Counted from the first letter of the stretch, positions 1 to 7,302 are shown. The stretch is DNA of 9,561 bases from a virus (IMGVR_UViG_2541047595_000019), one strand, 5' to 3'. Made by a program: numbers and translations. Notes: a model not told the origin generated them from the letters alone.

Positions 1-97
1 TTACAGGGAACATTCAACAATTTCGCTTTGATTTTTCCGATGCGGTGATGTGGGGTGATACAAAGTTACCCCATTTTTTTGGCATTCAGTGGAATGA

Positions 98-137
98 TTG
101 CGCATATTTGCGCACGTAAACAAACGGATATTATAAT
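98..137 (+). promoter_or_regulatory. Candidate sigma70 promoter with operator-like motif upstream of the alpA-like gene
   Basis: TTGCGCA occurs twice (98-104 and 108-114), separated by TAT, and the core TGCGCA is self-complementary. A TATAAT hexamer sits at 132-137, 18 bp downstream of the TTGCGC -35-like hexamer at 108-113. Identified by eye only. Confidence 0.3.
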
Positions 138-242
138 TTATCCATAGTGGGCGATCTGCAAACTATCTTCGATAATCTCTCAATCAAGCTATATCACCCG
201 CCGTTGTGCGTTTTTTCATCTTGAAAGAAAAAAGGTCAAGCC

Positions 243-443
243 ATGAAGAACATCAACCCCAAATTTATTAATTTGGCCCAGCTTATTGAGCTGACCAATA
301 TTAGCCGCAGCACCATTTATCGGCTATTACACACAGACCCGTTGTTTCCGCGCCCGTTTAAATTAAGAGGCGGTAATCGTCTTTACTGGAATATCGACGA
401 AGTAAACGACTACCTATCCAGCCAGGTAAAAGCCTATGCGTAA
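243..443 (+). CDS. alpA: AlpA-family (MerR-superfamily, excisionase-like) transcriptional regulator, 66 aa
   Basis: ATG at 243 with an AAGGT Shine-Dalgarno upstream. The translation has the AlpA/Xis-type HTH signature (LIELTNISRSTIYRLL ... FPRPFKLRGGNRLYW ... EV..YL). Family assignment is from motif recognition. Confidence 0.8.
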   Translation: MKNINPKFINLAQLIELTNISRSTIYRLLHTDPLFPRPFKLRGGNRLYWNIDEVNDYLSSQVKAYA

Positions 444-536
444 TCGTCAATTAACTGCATCCACCAGCCGCTAAGTTATTTAAACTTCTTCCTCTTTCTT
501 TCCTCCTGGTGGCGATCTTTTTTTATCGAGGTGGAA

Positions 537-770
537 ATGAAAGATAGCGAATTAATGACAGTAAACTTGCCACTTTCACTTGGCGTTACTCGACGGACGC
601 TATTCAGGTGGATGAGTAAGATTAAAAATTGGCCCGTTCCGGTGAGTCCGGTCGGTGCAAGAGTTAAGTTATCCGATCTGAGATTATGGAATTCTACAAA
701 AACAAAGGCGCTCGCCACCAATGAAAAACAGCAAATCACATTTTTAGGTAAACATCATGACCAATATTGA
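537..770 (+). CDS. Second AlpA/Xis-like HTH DNA-binding protein, 77 aa from ATG 537 (ORF track starts at GTG 531)
   Basis: Translation LSLGVTRRTLFRWMSKIKNWPVPVSPVGARVKLSDLRLW follows the same helix-turn-helix-plus-wing pattern as AlpA/excisionase proteins. GAGGTGG precedes the start. The 3' end overlaps the next gene by 14 nt. Confidence 0.55.
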   Translation: MKDSELMTVNLPLSLGVTRRTLFRWMSKIKNWPVPVSPVGARVKLSDLRLWNSTKTKALATNEKQQITFLGKHHDQY

Positions 771-1152
771 ACGATTAGATCGCTGCGCGGACATTATGCG
801 CCGCAGGTGGATTTATGACCCTGAATCAGGTTTATTATTCAGCCGTGAAGCGAAAGGCCCTGTAAAAGGCGGTATGACTAACAAGGGGCATCTGGTGGTA
901 AGCATACAGGAAGGCGATTTTAAGGTAACGCTCACCTATCAAAAAGCCTGCTACGTGTATGCATATGGCGCTTATGACGAGACATTGTACGAGGTCCACC
1001 ACATTAATCTGAACAAACAAGACAACCGCCTCAAGAATATTCGACTGATGACGAAAGAAATGCATCGTCGTATTCATAAAAACGTACGCAAGATAGCTCA
1101 GCTGGGCCACACGTACTGGCTTCAACCAGAAGCAATAGAACAATCGCTATAA
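757..1152 (+). CDS. HNH endonuclease (HNH_3/AP2-like homing-endonuclease type), 131 aa
   Basis: Motif EVHHINLNKQDNRLKNIRLMTKEMHRRIH matches the H-H...N...DNR..NLR..T...H HNH signature. The N-terminal GHLVVSIQEGDFKV...YVYAYG resembles the beta-hairpin DNA-binding part of free-standing HNH enzymes. AGGTAAA Shine-Dalgarno before ATG 757. Confidence 0.7.
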   Translation: MTNIERLDRCADIMRRRWIYDPESGLLFSREAKGPVKGGMTNKGHLVVSIQEGDFKVTLTYQKACYVYAYGAYDETLYEVHHINLNKQDNRLKNIRLMTKEMHRRIHKNVRKIAQLGHTYWLQPEAIEQSL

Positions 1153-1169
1153 ACACAGGAGAAACGACT

Positions 1170-1235
1170 ATGAGCAAATTTTGTTTTACCGGAACCAACG
1201 AAGAATTAATCGCCCAGCGGGCAGCAATTTTTTAA
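1170..1235 (+). CDS. Mini-ORF, 21 aa (MSKFCFTGTNEELIAQRAAIF), possibly a translationally coupled small protein
   Basis: Strong AGGAGA Shine-Dalgarno 7 nt upstream of ATG 1170. The stop at 1233-1235 sits 12 nt before the next start and inside its Shine-Dalgarno region. No family recognised. Confidence 0.25.
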   Translation: MSKFCFTGTNEELIAQRAAIF

Positions 1236-1247
1236 GGAAGAGGCAGC

Positions 1248-1583
1248 ATGAAAATCAAAGCAACCACAATTAACGAAAACAAAGAAATAACAGCAATCAA
1301 AGTAAAAGGAGTAGATGCCATGCATTCATTAGACAGTTATTTTCAGCGCACGACAGCCCCTAAATCAGCAGCCCAGGAACGCCGTGAGGAATTCCAGGAA
1401 AAAGTGATGCGTTCTGCTGATTATATTGCAGACAAGTTCGTGGAAACGGTTCGGCCACTTGTTGATGAAGTAGCTGATAAACTTCAGTCTGAAATGCCGG
1501 AAGACATGGAAGGCACTGCAAAGGCGCGACTTCTTTTTGAATTAAGTCGTCGTTTCGGCGTGTCAATTAGCACTTTTAAATAA
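1248..1583 (+). CDS. Hypothetical protein, 111 aa
   Basis: ATG 1248 preceded by AAGGAAGAGG. Uninterrupted ORF, tightly packed with its neighbours. No family recognised. Confidence 0.6.
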   Translation: MKIKATTINENKEITAIKVKGVDAMHSLDSYFQRTTAPKSAAQERREEFQEKVMRSADYIADKFVETVRPLVDEVADKLQSEMPEDMEGTAKARLLFELSRRFGVSISTFK

Positions 1584-1600
1584 TCGGAAGAGGAAAGACA

Positions 1601-2143
1601 ATGGACGCATTTGATGTACTGGCAAATAAAGGCGCGGAACTGGTAGAGCAGCGAAATAAATGCACCGACGAAGGTGGGCGCGCGCTGTTAAATAAACAGA
1701 TTAAAGCGATCCGTATGGCCCAATTTAAATTAATCAGCAATGAAGTTATCGAAACAATTAAACCGCAGATCCCACAAATCGTTGCTGACGCTATTAAAGC
1801 CGCCGGACTGGAGAAACGCATTGCCGGGCTGAAAACGAACGCAGAGAAAATGGAGATGCACAAACAGAGCGGTTCTCCGACTCCGGATGATTACTTCTCA
1901 CCGGATGCTGAGTTTATGGCGCAGGTTGAGGAACGTCTGGGTAGCTGTCTCACCGAGGAACAGCGTCGCTATTTTGATGTAGTGGATAGTGCGGCAGGTA
2001 TTGACCTGAACTCGTATTTCGGTCGTGAAATTGAGCATTTTGATGCCGCCCCGTCTATGCCAGAGCCAGAACCAGAGAGGGCCGCCGATCCTGAAGCTGA
2101 GCAACGGAAACGCGTATTCAATGCGATAGGGATTCGGTACTGA
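1601..2143 (+). CDS. Hypothetical acidic protein, 180 aa
   Basis: ATG 1601 preceded by GGAAGAGGAAAG. Acidic, proline/glutamate-rich C-terminus (PEPEPERAADPEAEQ). No family recognised. Confidence 0.65.
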   Translation: MDAFDVLANKGAELVEQRNKCTDEGGRALLNKQIKAIRMAQFKLISNEVIETIKPQIPQIVADAIKAAGLEKRIAGLKTNAEKMEMHKQSGSPTPDDYFSPDAEFMAQVEERLGSCLTEEQRRYFDVVDSAAGIDLNSYFGREIEHFDAAPSMPEPEPERAADPEAEQRKRVFNAIGIRY

Positions 2144-2157
2144 TCGGATAAAAGAAA

Positions 2158-2176
2158 GCCGGGGAATTACCCCGGC
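2158..2176. terminator. Perfect GC-rich hairpin (GCCGGGG-AATT-CCCCGGC); the U-tract is on the minus-strand side only
   Basis: A 7-8 bp perfect stem with a 4-nt loop, 15 nt after the stop of the 1601-2143 gene. On the + strand it is followed by AATGCGA, not a T-run. On the minus strand it is followed by TTTCTTTTAT. Confidence 0.35.
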
Positions 2177-2262
2177 AATGCGACCAATGAACAATCGGAT
2201 AAGAAGAAGCAGTTTTGAAACAATGTTCGGGAACTATATTAGCACAAGTCAGGAGAAACAGC

Positions 2263-2547
2263 ATGATGGCACTACGAGTGGTACAAGGCATCGCAAGAAC
2301 CGTCGCAGAGCGCGTGTCAGACCTGAAAAACTCTCCATTGAGCGAGCAACCTTTAAAGCGGCAAATGCTCCGCTTATGGGCAGAATACTCGCTTGGAACG
2401 ATTAACAAGCTCCTTGCCATGAAATCGGGGGATGGCAGGACCGCGGAGGAAAAGGAATTCATCAGGCGTTTAACCCTCACTCGCAGAGACATTCATAGCC
2501 AATTACGCAGCGTGGGGAGCGATATTGATGATGGGACGAACGATTAA
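2263..2547 (+). CDS. Hypothetical protein, 94 aa (ATG 2263 preferred over the TTG 2215 start in the track)
   Basis: AGGAGA Shine-Dalgarno at 2251-2256, 6 nt before a tandem ATG ATG at 2263. No family recognised. Confidence 0.55.
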   Translation: MMALRVVQGIARTVAERVSDLKNSPLSEQPLKRQMLRLWAEYSLGTINKLLAMKSGDGRTAEEKEFIRRLTLTRRDIHSQLRSVGSDIDDGTND

Positions 2548-2582
2548 TTTTCGGACAAGTACTATGCGCGCGCGAGGCAATC

Positions 2583-2801
2583 ATGAAGCAAGACATAGCG
2601 GAAAGGCTGGAGATACTCGAAAACCAGCGAGAAGAAGCCAGACAGATGCGCAGGGAGGCAAATAAAGAGGGCCGGAAAAAAGATGCATGGCATCTGAGAC
2701 AATTCATCAACTTTACAAACCGTTGCATCCGGGAGTGCTACATGGAAGACGCAGAAAACTGGCTGGATTCCTTGCCAGAAAAGCACGGAACAGAGCGATG
2801 A
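2583..2801 (+). CDS. Hypothetical charged protein, 72 aa
   Basis: ATG 2583 preceded by GAGG. Its stop lies 21 nt before the next start. No family recognised. Confidence 0.5.
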   Translation: MKQDIAERLEILENQREEARQMRREANKEGRKKDAWHLRQFINFTNRCIRECYMEDAENWLDSLPEKHGTER

Positions 2802-2822
2802 TTGTTAGACGAAGGGGGTTAC

Positions 2823-3266
2823 ATGCCGATGAGACACCAGGCTGTCATTGAGCAGATCAAGCGGGAGCTAAGGGAACAAATCAAAGAGATTAGAGAGGAT
2901 GCGGCTACGGCGGCGTATGCAATCGGGATGGAAGTAATTGCCAATGCAGCAGTAGAAACGCCACGCGATACAGGGACGCTGATCGGTGGCTATTACGATC
3001 CGCAGGTAAGCCAGGATGATGAAGGTGTGCATTGCACGGTAGGAAACACGGTCCGCTATGCATATTGGGTGCATGAAATGCCGGGGACACTGAAAGGACA
3101 ACCGCGCGAACATTTCGGTAAGACGCGGGAAGGTATCGCATTTGGCGGCGGCACTGGCAGGGGTAACTATTGGGACCCGGACGCCGATCCTAAATTCCTT
3201 GAGCGGGCACTTAACGACCACAAAGCGGAGTATATGGATATAGCGATGAGATATCTTAAGAGGTAA
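2823..3266 (+). CDS. HK97 gp10-like phage virion component (head-tail joining / tail-component family), 147 aa from ATG 2823
   Basis: GAAGGGGG Shine-Dalgarno 4 nt before ATG 2823. Blocks ETPRDTGTLIGG, VGNTVRYAYWVHEMPG and KFLERALNDHK resemble the conserved TG-L, V-YA-YVEFG and PFL-PAL blocks of HK97 gp10-family proteins. This is from memory and is a moderate-confidence family call. Confidence 0.55.
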   Translation: MPMRHQAVIEQIKRELREQIKEIREDAATAAYAIGMEVIANAAVETPRDTGTLIGGYYDPQVSQDDEGVHCTVGNTVRYAYWVHEMPGTLKGQPREHFGKTREGIAFGGGTGRGNYWDPDADPKFLERALNDHKAEYMDIAMRYLKR

Positions 3267-3272
3267 GAAGAG

Positions 3273-5462
3273 ATGAGCGAGCAAGTCGGAAGCCTTCAGA
3301 TAGAGATTGACCTGAAGACAAAAAATTTACTGGTATCACAACGCCATGCTGAAAACGCGCTGGATGATATTGGCAATAAGATTGGCGGCGCAGAGCGACA
3401 AGCAGCAAAACTTAACACGCAGCTAACAAAAACATCGCGCGCTATTAGCGGCAATCTGCGTGCCGGATTCCAGCAGGCTGGATACCAGATTCAGGACTTC
3501 GTGGTGCAGGTCCAGTCAGGACAAAGCGCACTGATAGCGTTGTCACAGCAAGGCAGCCAGTTATTGAGTGCCTTCGGTGGCTGGGGTATTGCACTTGGTG
3601 CGGCGCTTACAGTTGGTGTATCGCTGTTTAAAGCCCTGACAGGTGAAACCGAGGAGACAACAGACAAGACCGAAGTATTTGAAAAGGCTTGCAGTAATTT
3701 ACGCCAGGTAATGGCCCTGAACGAGCAAGGCGTAAACGTCCTGTCAAACGAATACGCCAACCTCGCGAAACAGTCAGCCGAGGCCGCTGCGATGGTCGAA
3801 CGACATTTAACACTGAAACTACGCGAAGCCAAATCAGCGATGAGTGTCTATATCACCAATACACTGGACGCCCAAAACGCGACTGCGGGTTTTGGGATGA
3901 TTGGATCTGACAGTTTACTCGACATGATGCAGGCGATGCGTGCGCTGGGCGTTGAAACGTATGATTACGCCGACGCAATGGACCAGTTGAACGACATGGG
4001 CCTACGTGGTGCGCAGATCCATAAAGAGCTAAACCGCGAACTTGATGATATGGCAGATAAAACTGGCGTATCAAAAGAAGCGCTCTTTGATATGTGCCAG
4101 GAATTAATGGCGGTCGCTAAAGCGCCGACAGCGGACAGCATTTCAGCACTATCAAACCGCATTGCCAGCATGAACCCTACGACAGCGGAAGGTGTTGGCC
4201 TGTTTAATGAACTACAGCAGGCATTGATTAAAGCCGCTATTGAGCTTCAACAGTTCGGGGATATTAGCGAAGATACCGCCAATAAACTTGATGTATTAAA
4301 TCACGCGGCGGATTCTCAATGGGTGAAAGACTTTACAGAAAACATAAAGATGCAAACAAAGGCATTGGGAGCTTCACGCGGCGAAATCATGCGGTTACAG
4401 CTTGAGAATAAGAACCTTACAGTAGAAGAACGCGCCAATGCTGAACAGGCAATCAAGAATTACGAAGATAAACAAAATCGACTTGAACAAGAGAAAGAAG
4501 CGAAACGCCAGGCACTGGCAGCAGAACGCGCCGCCACCGCAGAACGCAAACGCCTGATGCGTGAAGAAGAGCAGGAGCGGAAACGCATTGAGCGTGAGAA
4601 AGAACAGCGCGAGCGCCAGACAAAACAAGCGAAACGCTTCACTGACCAGATCGAAACCAACTATCTGACAACCGTCAATCCGGCGACAGGTCAGGCAGAA
4701 AATCCGCTGGCAGCAATTCAGGCGCAACAGCAACGTGAATTCGAAATGCTGGAAATGTATCGCCAGCAGAATTTAGTCAGTGAGCAGCAATACCGTAACG
4801 CCCTGGAAAACATTATTAACACGTCAGCCATGCGCGTAGCAGCCATCGAGCAACAACAGGCGAGCGAATACAGTAAGAACATTCAGGGATTGATGAGCGC
4901 ATATAGCGGCATGTTTGGCGAGCTTGCTGGCGTTATTTCTGATGGTGCGGGCGAGCAGAGTGCAGCATATCGTGCGATGTTTGCAGTACAGAAAGGTTTT
5001 GCAATGGCATCCGCAGCATTGAGCCTTCAGGAGTCACTAGCGAAGGCTAACTCGCTCCCATTCCCGGCTAATATTCCGGCCTATGCGCAAGCATTAACAG
5101 CAGGTACGCAGATCATTTCAGCCATTCGCGGCATAGCTTTTGGTGGCGGTCGCTACAACGGAGGGGTGGTTGATTCGGGTAAATTCTATCGTGTCGGTGA
5201 GTCCAACAAGCCTGAGCTGTTTCAATCCGGTGGGCGACAGTACATGATTCCTGGTGAGGGCGGCAGGATTATCCCCAACCGCGATATTGGTGGCAGTGGT
5301 GGCGGCATCACACTGAACGTAACAAACAACATCCAGGCGACAAACGGCTGGACTGAAGACGACTCAAAAGCGTTGCAACAGACTATAGAAAACACAGCAA
5401 TGCGCCTGATGCAGCGCGAGTCGCAAAGACCTGGAGGCATGTTACAACCACGGCGGCGTTAA
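3273..5462 (+). CDS. Phage tail tape measure protein, lambda gpH-like, 729 aa
   Basis: AAGAGG Shine-Dalgarno before ATG 3273. The N-terminus (MSEQVGSLQIEIDL ... QVQSGQSALIALSQQGSQLLSAFGGWGIALGAAL) parallels lambda gpH (MAEPVGDLVVDL ... QLAGGQSPWLILLQQGGQVKDSFGG). The C-terminus is glycine-rich (AFGGGRYNGGVVDSGKFYRVGESNKPELF ... GGSGGG) like the lambda tape measure C-terminal domain. The centre is a long helical, highly charged ruler-like region. Confidence 0.85.
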   Translation: MSEQVGSLQIEIDLKTKNLLVSQRHAENALDDIGNKIGGAERQAAKLNTQLTKTSRAISGNLRAGFQQAGYQIQDFVVQVQSGQSALIALSQQGSQLLSAFGGWGIALGAALTVGVSLFKALTGETEETTDKTEVFEKACSNLRQVMALNEQGVNVLSNEYANLAKQSAEAAAMVERHLTLKLREAKSAMSVYITNTLDAQNATAGFGMIGSDSLLDMMQAMRALGVETYDYADAMDQLNDMGLRGAQIHKELNRELDDMADKTGVSKEALFDMCQELMAVAKAPTADSISALSNRIASMNPTTAEGVGLFNELQQALIKAAIELQQFGDISEDTANKLDVLNHAADSQWVKDFTENIKMQTKALGASRGEIMRLQLENKNLTVEERANAEQAIKNYEDKQNRLEQEKEAKRQALAAERAATAERKRLMREEEQERKRIEREKEQRERQTKQAKRFTDQIETNYLTTVNPATGQAENPLAAIQAQQQREFEMLEMYRQQNLVSEQQYRNALENIINTSAMRVAAIEQQQASEYSKNIQGLMSAYSGMFGELAGVISDGAGEQSAAYRAMFAVQKGFAMASAALSLQESLAKANSLPFPANIPAYAQALTAGTQIISAIRGIAFGGGRYNGGVVDSGKFYRVGESNKPELFQSGGRQYMIPGEGGRIIPNRDIGGSGGGITLNVTNNIQATNGWTEDDSKALQQTIENTAMRLMQRESQRPGGMLQPRRR

Positions 5463-5466
5463 CCAA

Positions 5467-5631
5467 ATCCCACGCCAGGGGGATAGACTGGCGGACCCTT
5501 CCCGGTTCTATGCGAAAAATCCCTCACAATTACCCTGCTAATTTGCCAGATTTCACGTACACACGCCAAACAAAAGCCCAGGCAGTTAGCAACCTACCCA
5601 GGCCTTTCTCACAATCCCCGCCGATATTATA
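5467..5631. repeat. Direct repeat copy A (~165 bp), immediately after the tape measure stop codon
   Basis: Near-identical to 8341-8551. The core ATAGACTGGCGGACCCTTCCCG...GAAAAATCCCTCACAATTACCCTGC.AATTTGCCAGATTTCACGTACAC.CGCC ... AGTTAGCAACCTACCCAGGCCTTTCTCACAATC.CCCGCCGATATTATA matches with a handful of substitutions, offset exactly 2880 bp. Confidence 0.85.
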
Positions 5632-5672
5632 ACCGCCATTCCCTGGTTTTATCATTTGTTGCCCAGCCTGCC

Positions 5673-5686
5673 ATTTGTAGACAAAT
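5673..5686. promoter_or_regulatory. Operator-like perfect palindrome ATTTGT-AG-ACAAAT
   Basis: 6-bp inverted arms around a 2-bp centre, about 90 bp upstream of the candidate promoter for the 5810 gene. CATTTGT is also present at 5653-5659. Confidence 0.3.
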
Positions 5687-5774
5687 CCCATCACACATAA
5701 ATCATCAACCAATAAATTGACCTAAATCATTTTATCAGTCGCTTAACCAGGTGTATTTTGTAGTCAAACAAGGG

Positions 5775-5801
5775 TTGACAAGGTTTAGCAACAAATATGA
5801 G
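5775..5801 (+). promoter_or_regulatory. Candidate promoter: TTGACA (5775-5780) and TATGAG (5796-5801) ahead of ATG 5810
   Basis: Consensus -35 hexamer. The -10-like hexamer is 15 bp downstream, which is a short spacer, and overlaps the GAGGTG Shine-Dalgarno. Confidence 0.3.
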
Positions 5802-5809
5802 GTGAAATC

Positions 5810-5998
5810 ATGAAACACGATAGAGCGGAAATTATCTTCGATATGGTGCGTGAAAGAGTGTGCGCTATGGATACTAAGATTGCACTGATAAGAGCGGGCG
5901 TGCCAGCAACTGCACAAGAACTACTGGTACTAATAGAAAGGCGTGAATACGAGCTAAGCAAAGCCAAAAGAGCATTTGCATTAATATACGCAAAATAA
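5810..5998 (+). CDS. Hypothetical small protein, 62 aa
   Basis: ATG 5810 preceded by GAGGTGAAATC. By eye it uses codons that are rare in enterobacteria (AGA, ATA, CTA), suggesting foreign origin. No family recognised. Confidence 0.55.
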   Translation: MKHDRAEIIFDMVRERVCAMDTKIALIRAGVPATAQELLVLIERREYELSKAKRAFALIYAK

Positions 5999-6017
5999 AC
6001 ACACGGGAGATTAAACA

Positions 6018-6248
6018 ATGGATAAAAATGAAGTAATCCTTCTTAGCCGCCCTGCCATTTGCCGGATGCTGGGCGGAATTAGCAGAGGCACGTTTTATTC
6101 GTGGCGTAAGAAATGGGAACAGAACGGAACTCCATTCCCCGACCCTGTTGATGTGCTGGGTACAGGGCGGGGTGTCATGTATCGCTATCAGGATGTGATG
6201 AAGTTCTTTAAATCGATTGGACTACTTTCTGACAGCGATAACCAGTAA
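6018..6248 (+). CDS. Third AlpA/excisionase-like HTH protein, 76 aa
   Basis: GGGAG Shine-Dalgarno 8 nt before ATG 6018. Translation LLSRPAICRMLGGISRGTFYSWRKK ... FPDPVDVLGTGRGVMYRYQDVMKFF fits the AlpA/Xis HTH-wing pattern. Confidence 0.6.
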   Translation: MDKNEVILLSRPAICRMLGGISRGTFYSWRKKWEQNGTPFPDPVDVLGTGRGVMYRYQDVMKFFKSIGLLSDSDNQ

Positions 6249-6265
6249 TCATCTAACTTGCTAAT

Positions 6266-6288
6266 ACCCGGCCCCGCGCCGGGTTTTT
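6266..6288 (+). terminator. Rho-independent terminator (CCCGGC-CCCGC-GCCGGG followed by TTTTT)
   Basis: 6-bp GC stem, 5-nt loop and a T5 run, 18 nt after the stop at 6246-6248. The 22-nt core is identical to 7861-7882. Confidence 0.7.
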
Positions 6289-6384
6289 GATCCCTGTCAA
6301 CTTCCCCATCAAAGCGGCTACCATCACCCGCTTTTTGTTGATAAATTAGAAAGCAAAACGTTTAGCGACAAAATGAGGTAATGT

Positions 6385-7068
6385 ATGGAATACATGGATT
6401 GGGTTGAGTTAGGCATGAACAAGCGCGCTCGCAAGATGACGCGGCAAGATGTCGCTGAGGCAATGGGCTTCAAAGGCAAAGGCGCTGCTAGCCACAAGTT
6501 TAAAGGGCGTCGCGATACAACAAACAAGACCGCTGATGATGTGTTTAAAATGCTCGCCGCAGTCGGTTGGCAAGCTGTCATCTTCGATAGCAACGGGAAG
6601 ATCGTAATGGGTACGGCACACGTTGATAGCCCGGACGGCATGGAACAAAAATTTATCAAGCGTTGCGAAGAACTAGCCAGAGAAAACGAGGCGCTAAAGG
6701 CTGAGATTGATATGTTGAAAAACCAGCTAAACAACAAAATCGATATTGTAGACAAACCAGTTAATCAACAAATCGAGACCAAGGGCGACGCTATTGTAGG
6801 AGAACCAGCTAAACAACAAAAAGCGGCGGGCGGACGTCCGGCAAAATTCAAAGTAGAACAGCTTGAGCAATGGCTTAAGGAGCAAGGCGGATACAAGGGG
6901 ACTATCGACGATTTGGCGTTATATGCGTTCGGTAAGATCGGCAAAGATGGCAAGCTGCATGGCGCACCAGGCCGCCACTGGATGTACAAGGCGTTAGCTA
7001 AACTGGAGGACGAGGGGAAAATTGCCAAAGAGGCAGCGACAAGGAGCGGGATTAATATTGTTGCTTAA
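6385..7068 (+). CDS. Putative DNA-binding regulator, 227 aa (HTH-like N-terminus, central coiled coil, basic C-terminal domain)
   Basis: TGAGGT Shine-Dalgarno 6 nt before ATG 6385. The N-terminus MTRQDVAEAMGFKG...DDVFKML looks like a Cro/CI-type HTH. EELARENEALKAEIDMLKNQL is a heptad-like coiled coil. Family not confidently recognised. Confidence 0.65.
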   Translation: MEYMDWVELGMNKRARKMTRQDVAEAMGFKGKGAASHKFKGRRDTTNKTADDVFKMLAAVGWQAVIFDSNGKIVMGTAHVDSPDGMEQKFIKRCEELARENEALKAEIDMLKNQLNNKIDIVDKPVNQQIETKGDAIVGEPAKQQKAAGGRPAKFKVEQLEQWLKEQGGYKGTIDDLALYAFGKIGKDGKLHGAPGRHWMYKALAKLEDEGKIAKEAATRSGINIVA

Positions 7069-7112
7069 CCCTTAAAGCCAACGATTAGCTACAAAACCAG
7101 CCATCAAGCGAA

Positions 7113-7138
7113 GCCCAGCCATAGCGCTGGGTTTTTTT
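7113..7138 (+). terminator. Rho-independent terminator (CCCAGC-CATAGC-GCTGGG followed by TTTTTTT)
   Basis: GC stem plus a T7 run, about 45 nt after the stop at 7066-7068. Confidence 0.65.
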
Positions 7139-7177
7139 ATTGATATTCACAAGGCATTGTCGCGTCACAAAACAAAT

Positions 7178-7191
7178 TTGATACATATCAA
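7178..7191. promoter_or_regulatory. Operator-like perfect palindrome TTGATA-CA-TATCAA
   Basis: 6-bp inverted arms with a 2-bp centre, the same 6-2-6 architecture as the 5673-5686 palindrome. It lies in the intergenic region upstream of the 7303 gene. Confidence 0.3.
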
Positions 7192-7302
7192 TGATATTAA
7201 CGCAGCGTTTTGATAACCATTCAGTTAAGAATCGCAACAACTAAAGGAGGTGATAAAGGCTGGCGAGCCGTTGCCCTATGGCAGCAAAACGGGAGCAACA
7301 AC

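Noticed and set aside
1-242. Coding sequence in the first 242 nt
   Set aside because: No ORF with a plausible start and Shine-Dalgarno on either strand. The region looks like a promoter or leader for the alpA-like gene.
459-524. Possible alpA terminator: inverted repeat CCACCAG (461-467) and CTGGTGG (506-512) followed by a T-run
   Set aside because: The arms are about 38 nt apart, far larger than the loop of a typical intrinsic terminator. The T-run may simply be part of the AT-rich leader of the next gene. Left unannotated.
2178-2405. ORF 2178-2405 (+, 75 aa) and the TTG 2215 start of the 110-aa ORF
   Set aside because: Both are alternative frames or starts overlapping the 2263-2547 gene, which has an AGGAGA Shine-Dalgarno at the right spacing.
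476-5440. Numerous minus-strand ORFs in the track (for example 476-739, 835-1143, 1576-1863, 2118-2492, 2868-3284, 3491-3832, 4395-4733, 5222-5440)
   Set aside because: Every one lies antisense inside a + strand gene that has a Shine-Dalgarno sequence, tight coupling to its neighbours and a recognisable product. None has a convincing ribosome-binding site of its own. They are most likely shadow ORFs, and the 4395-4733 and 4460-4660 ORFs are artefacts of the repetitive charged segment of the tape measure gene.
5467-5631. The repeat copies as tRNA-derived attachment sites
   Set aside because: Neither copy shows a T-loop (GTTCRANYC) or acceptor-stem arrangement, or any cloverleaf-compatible pairing that I could find by eye. 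A non-tRNA att site cannot be excluded without flanking sequence and an integrase.
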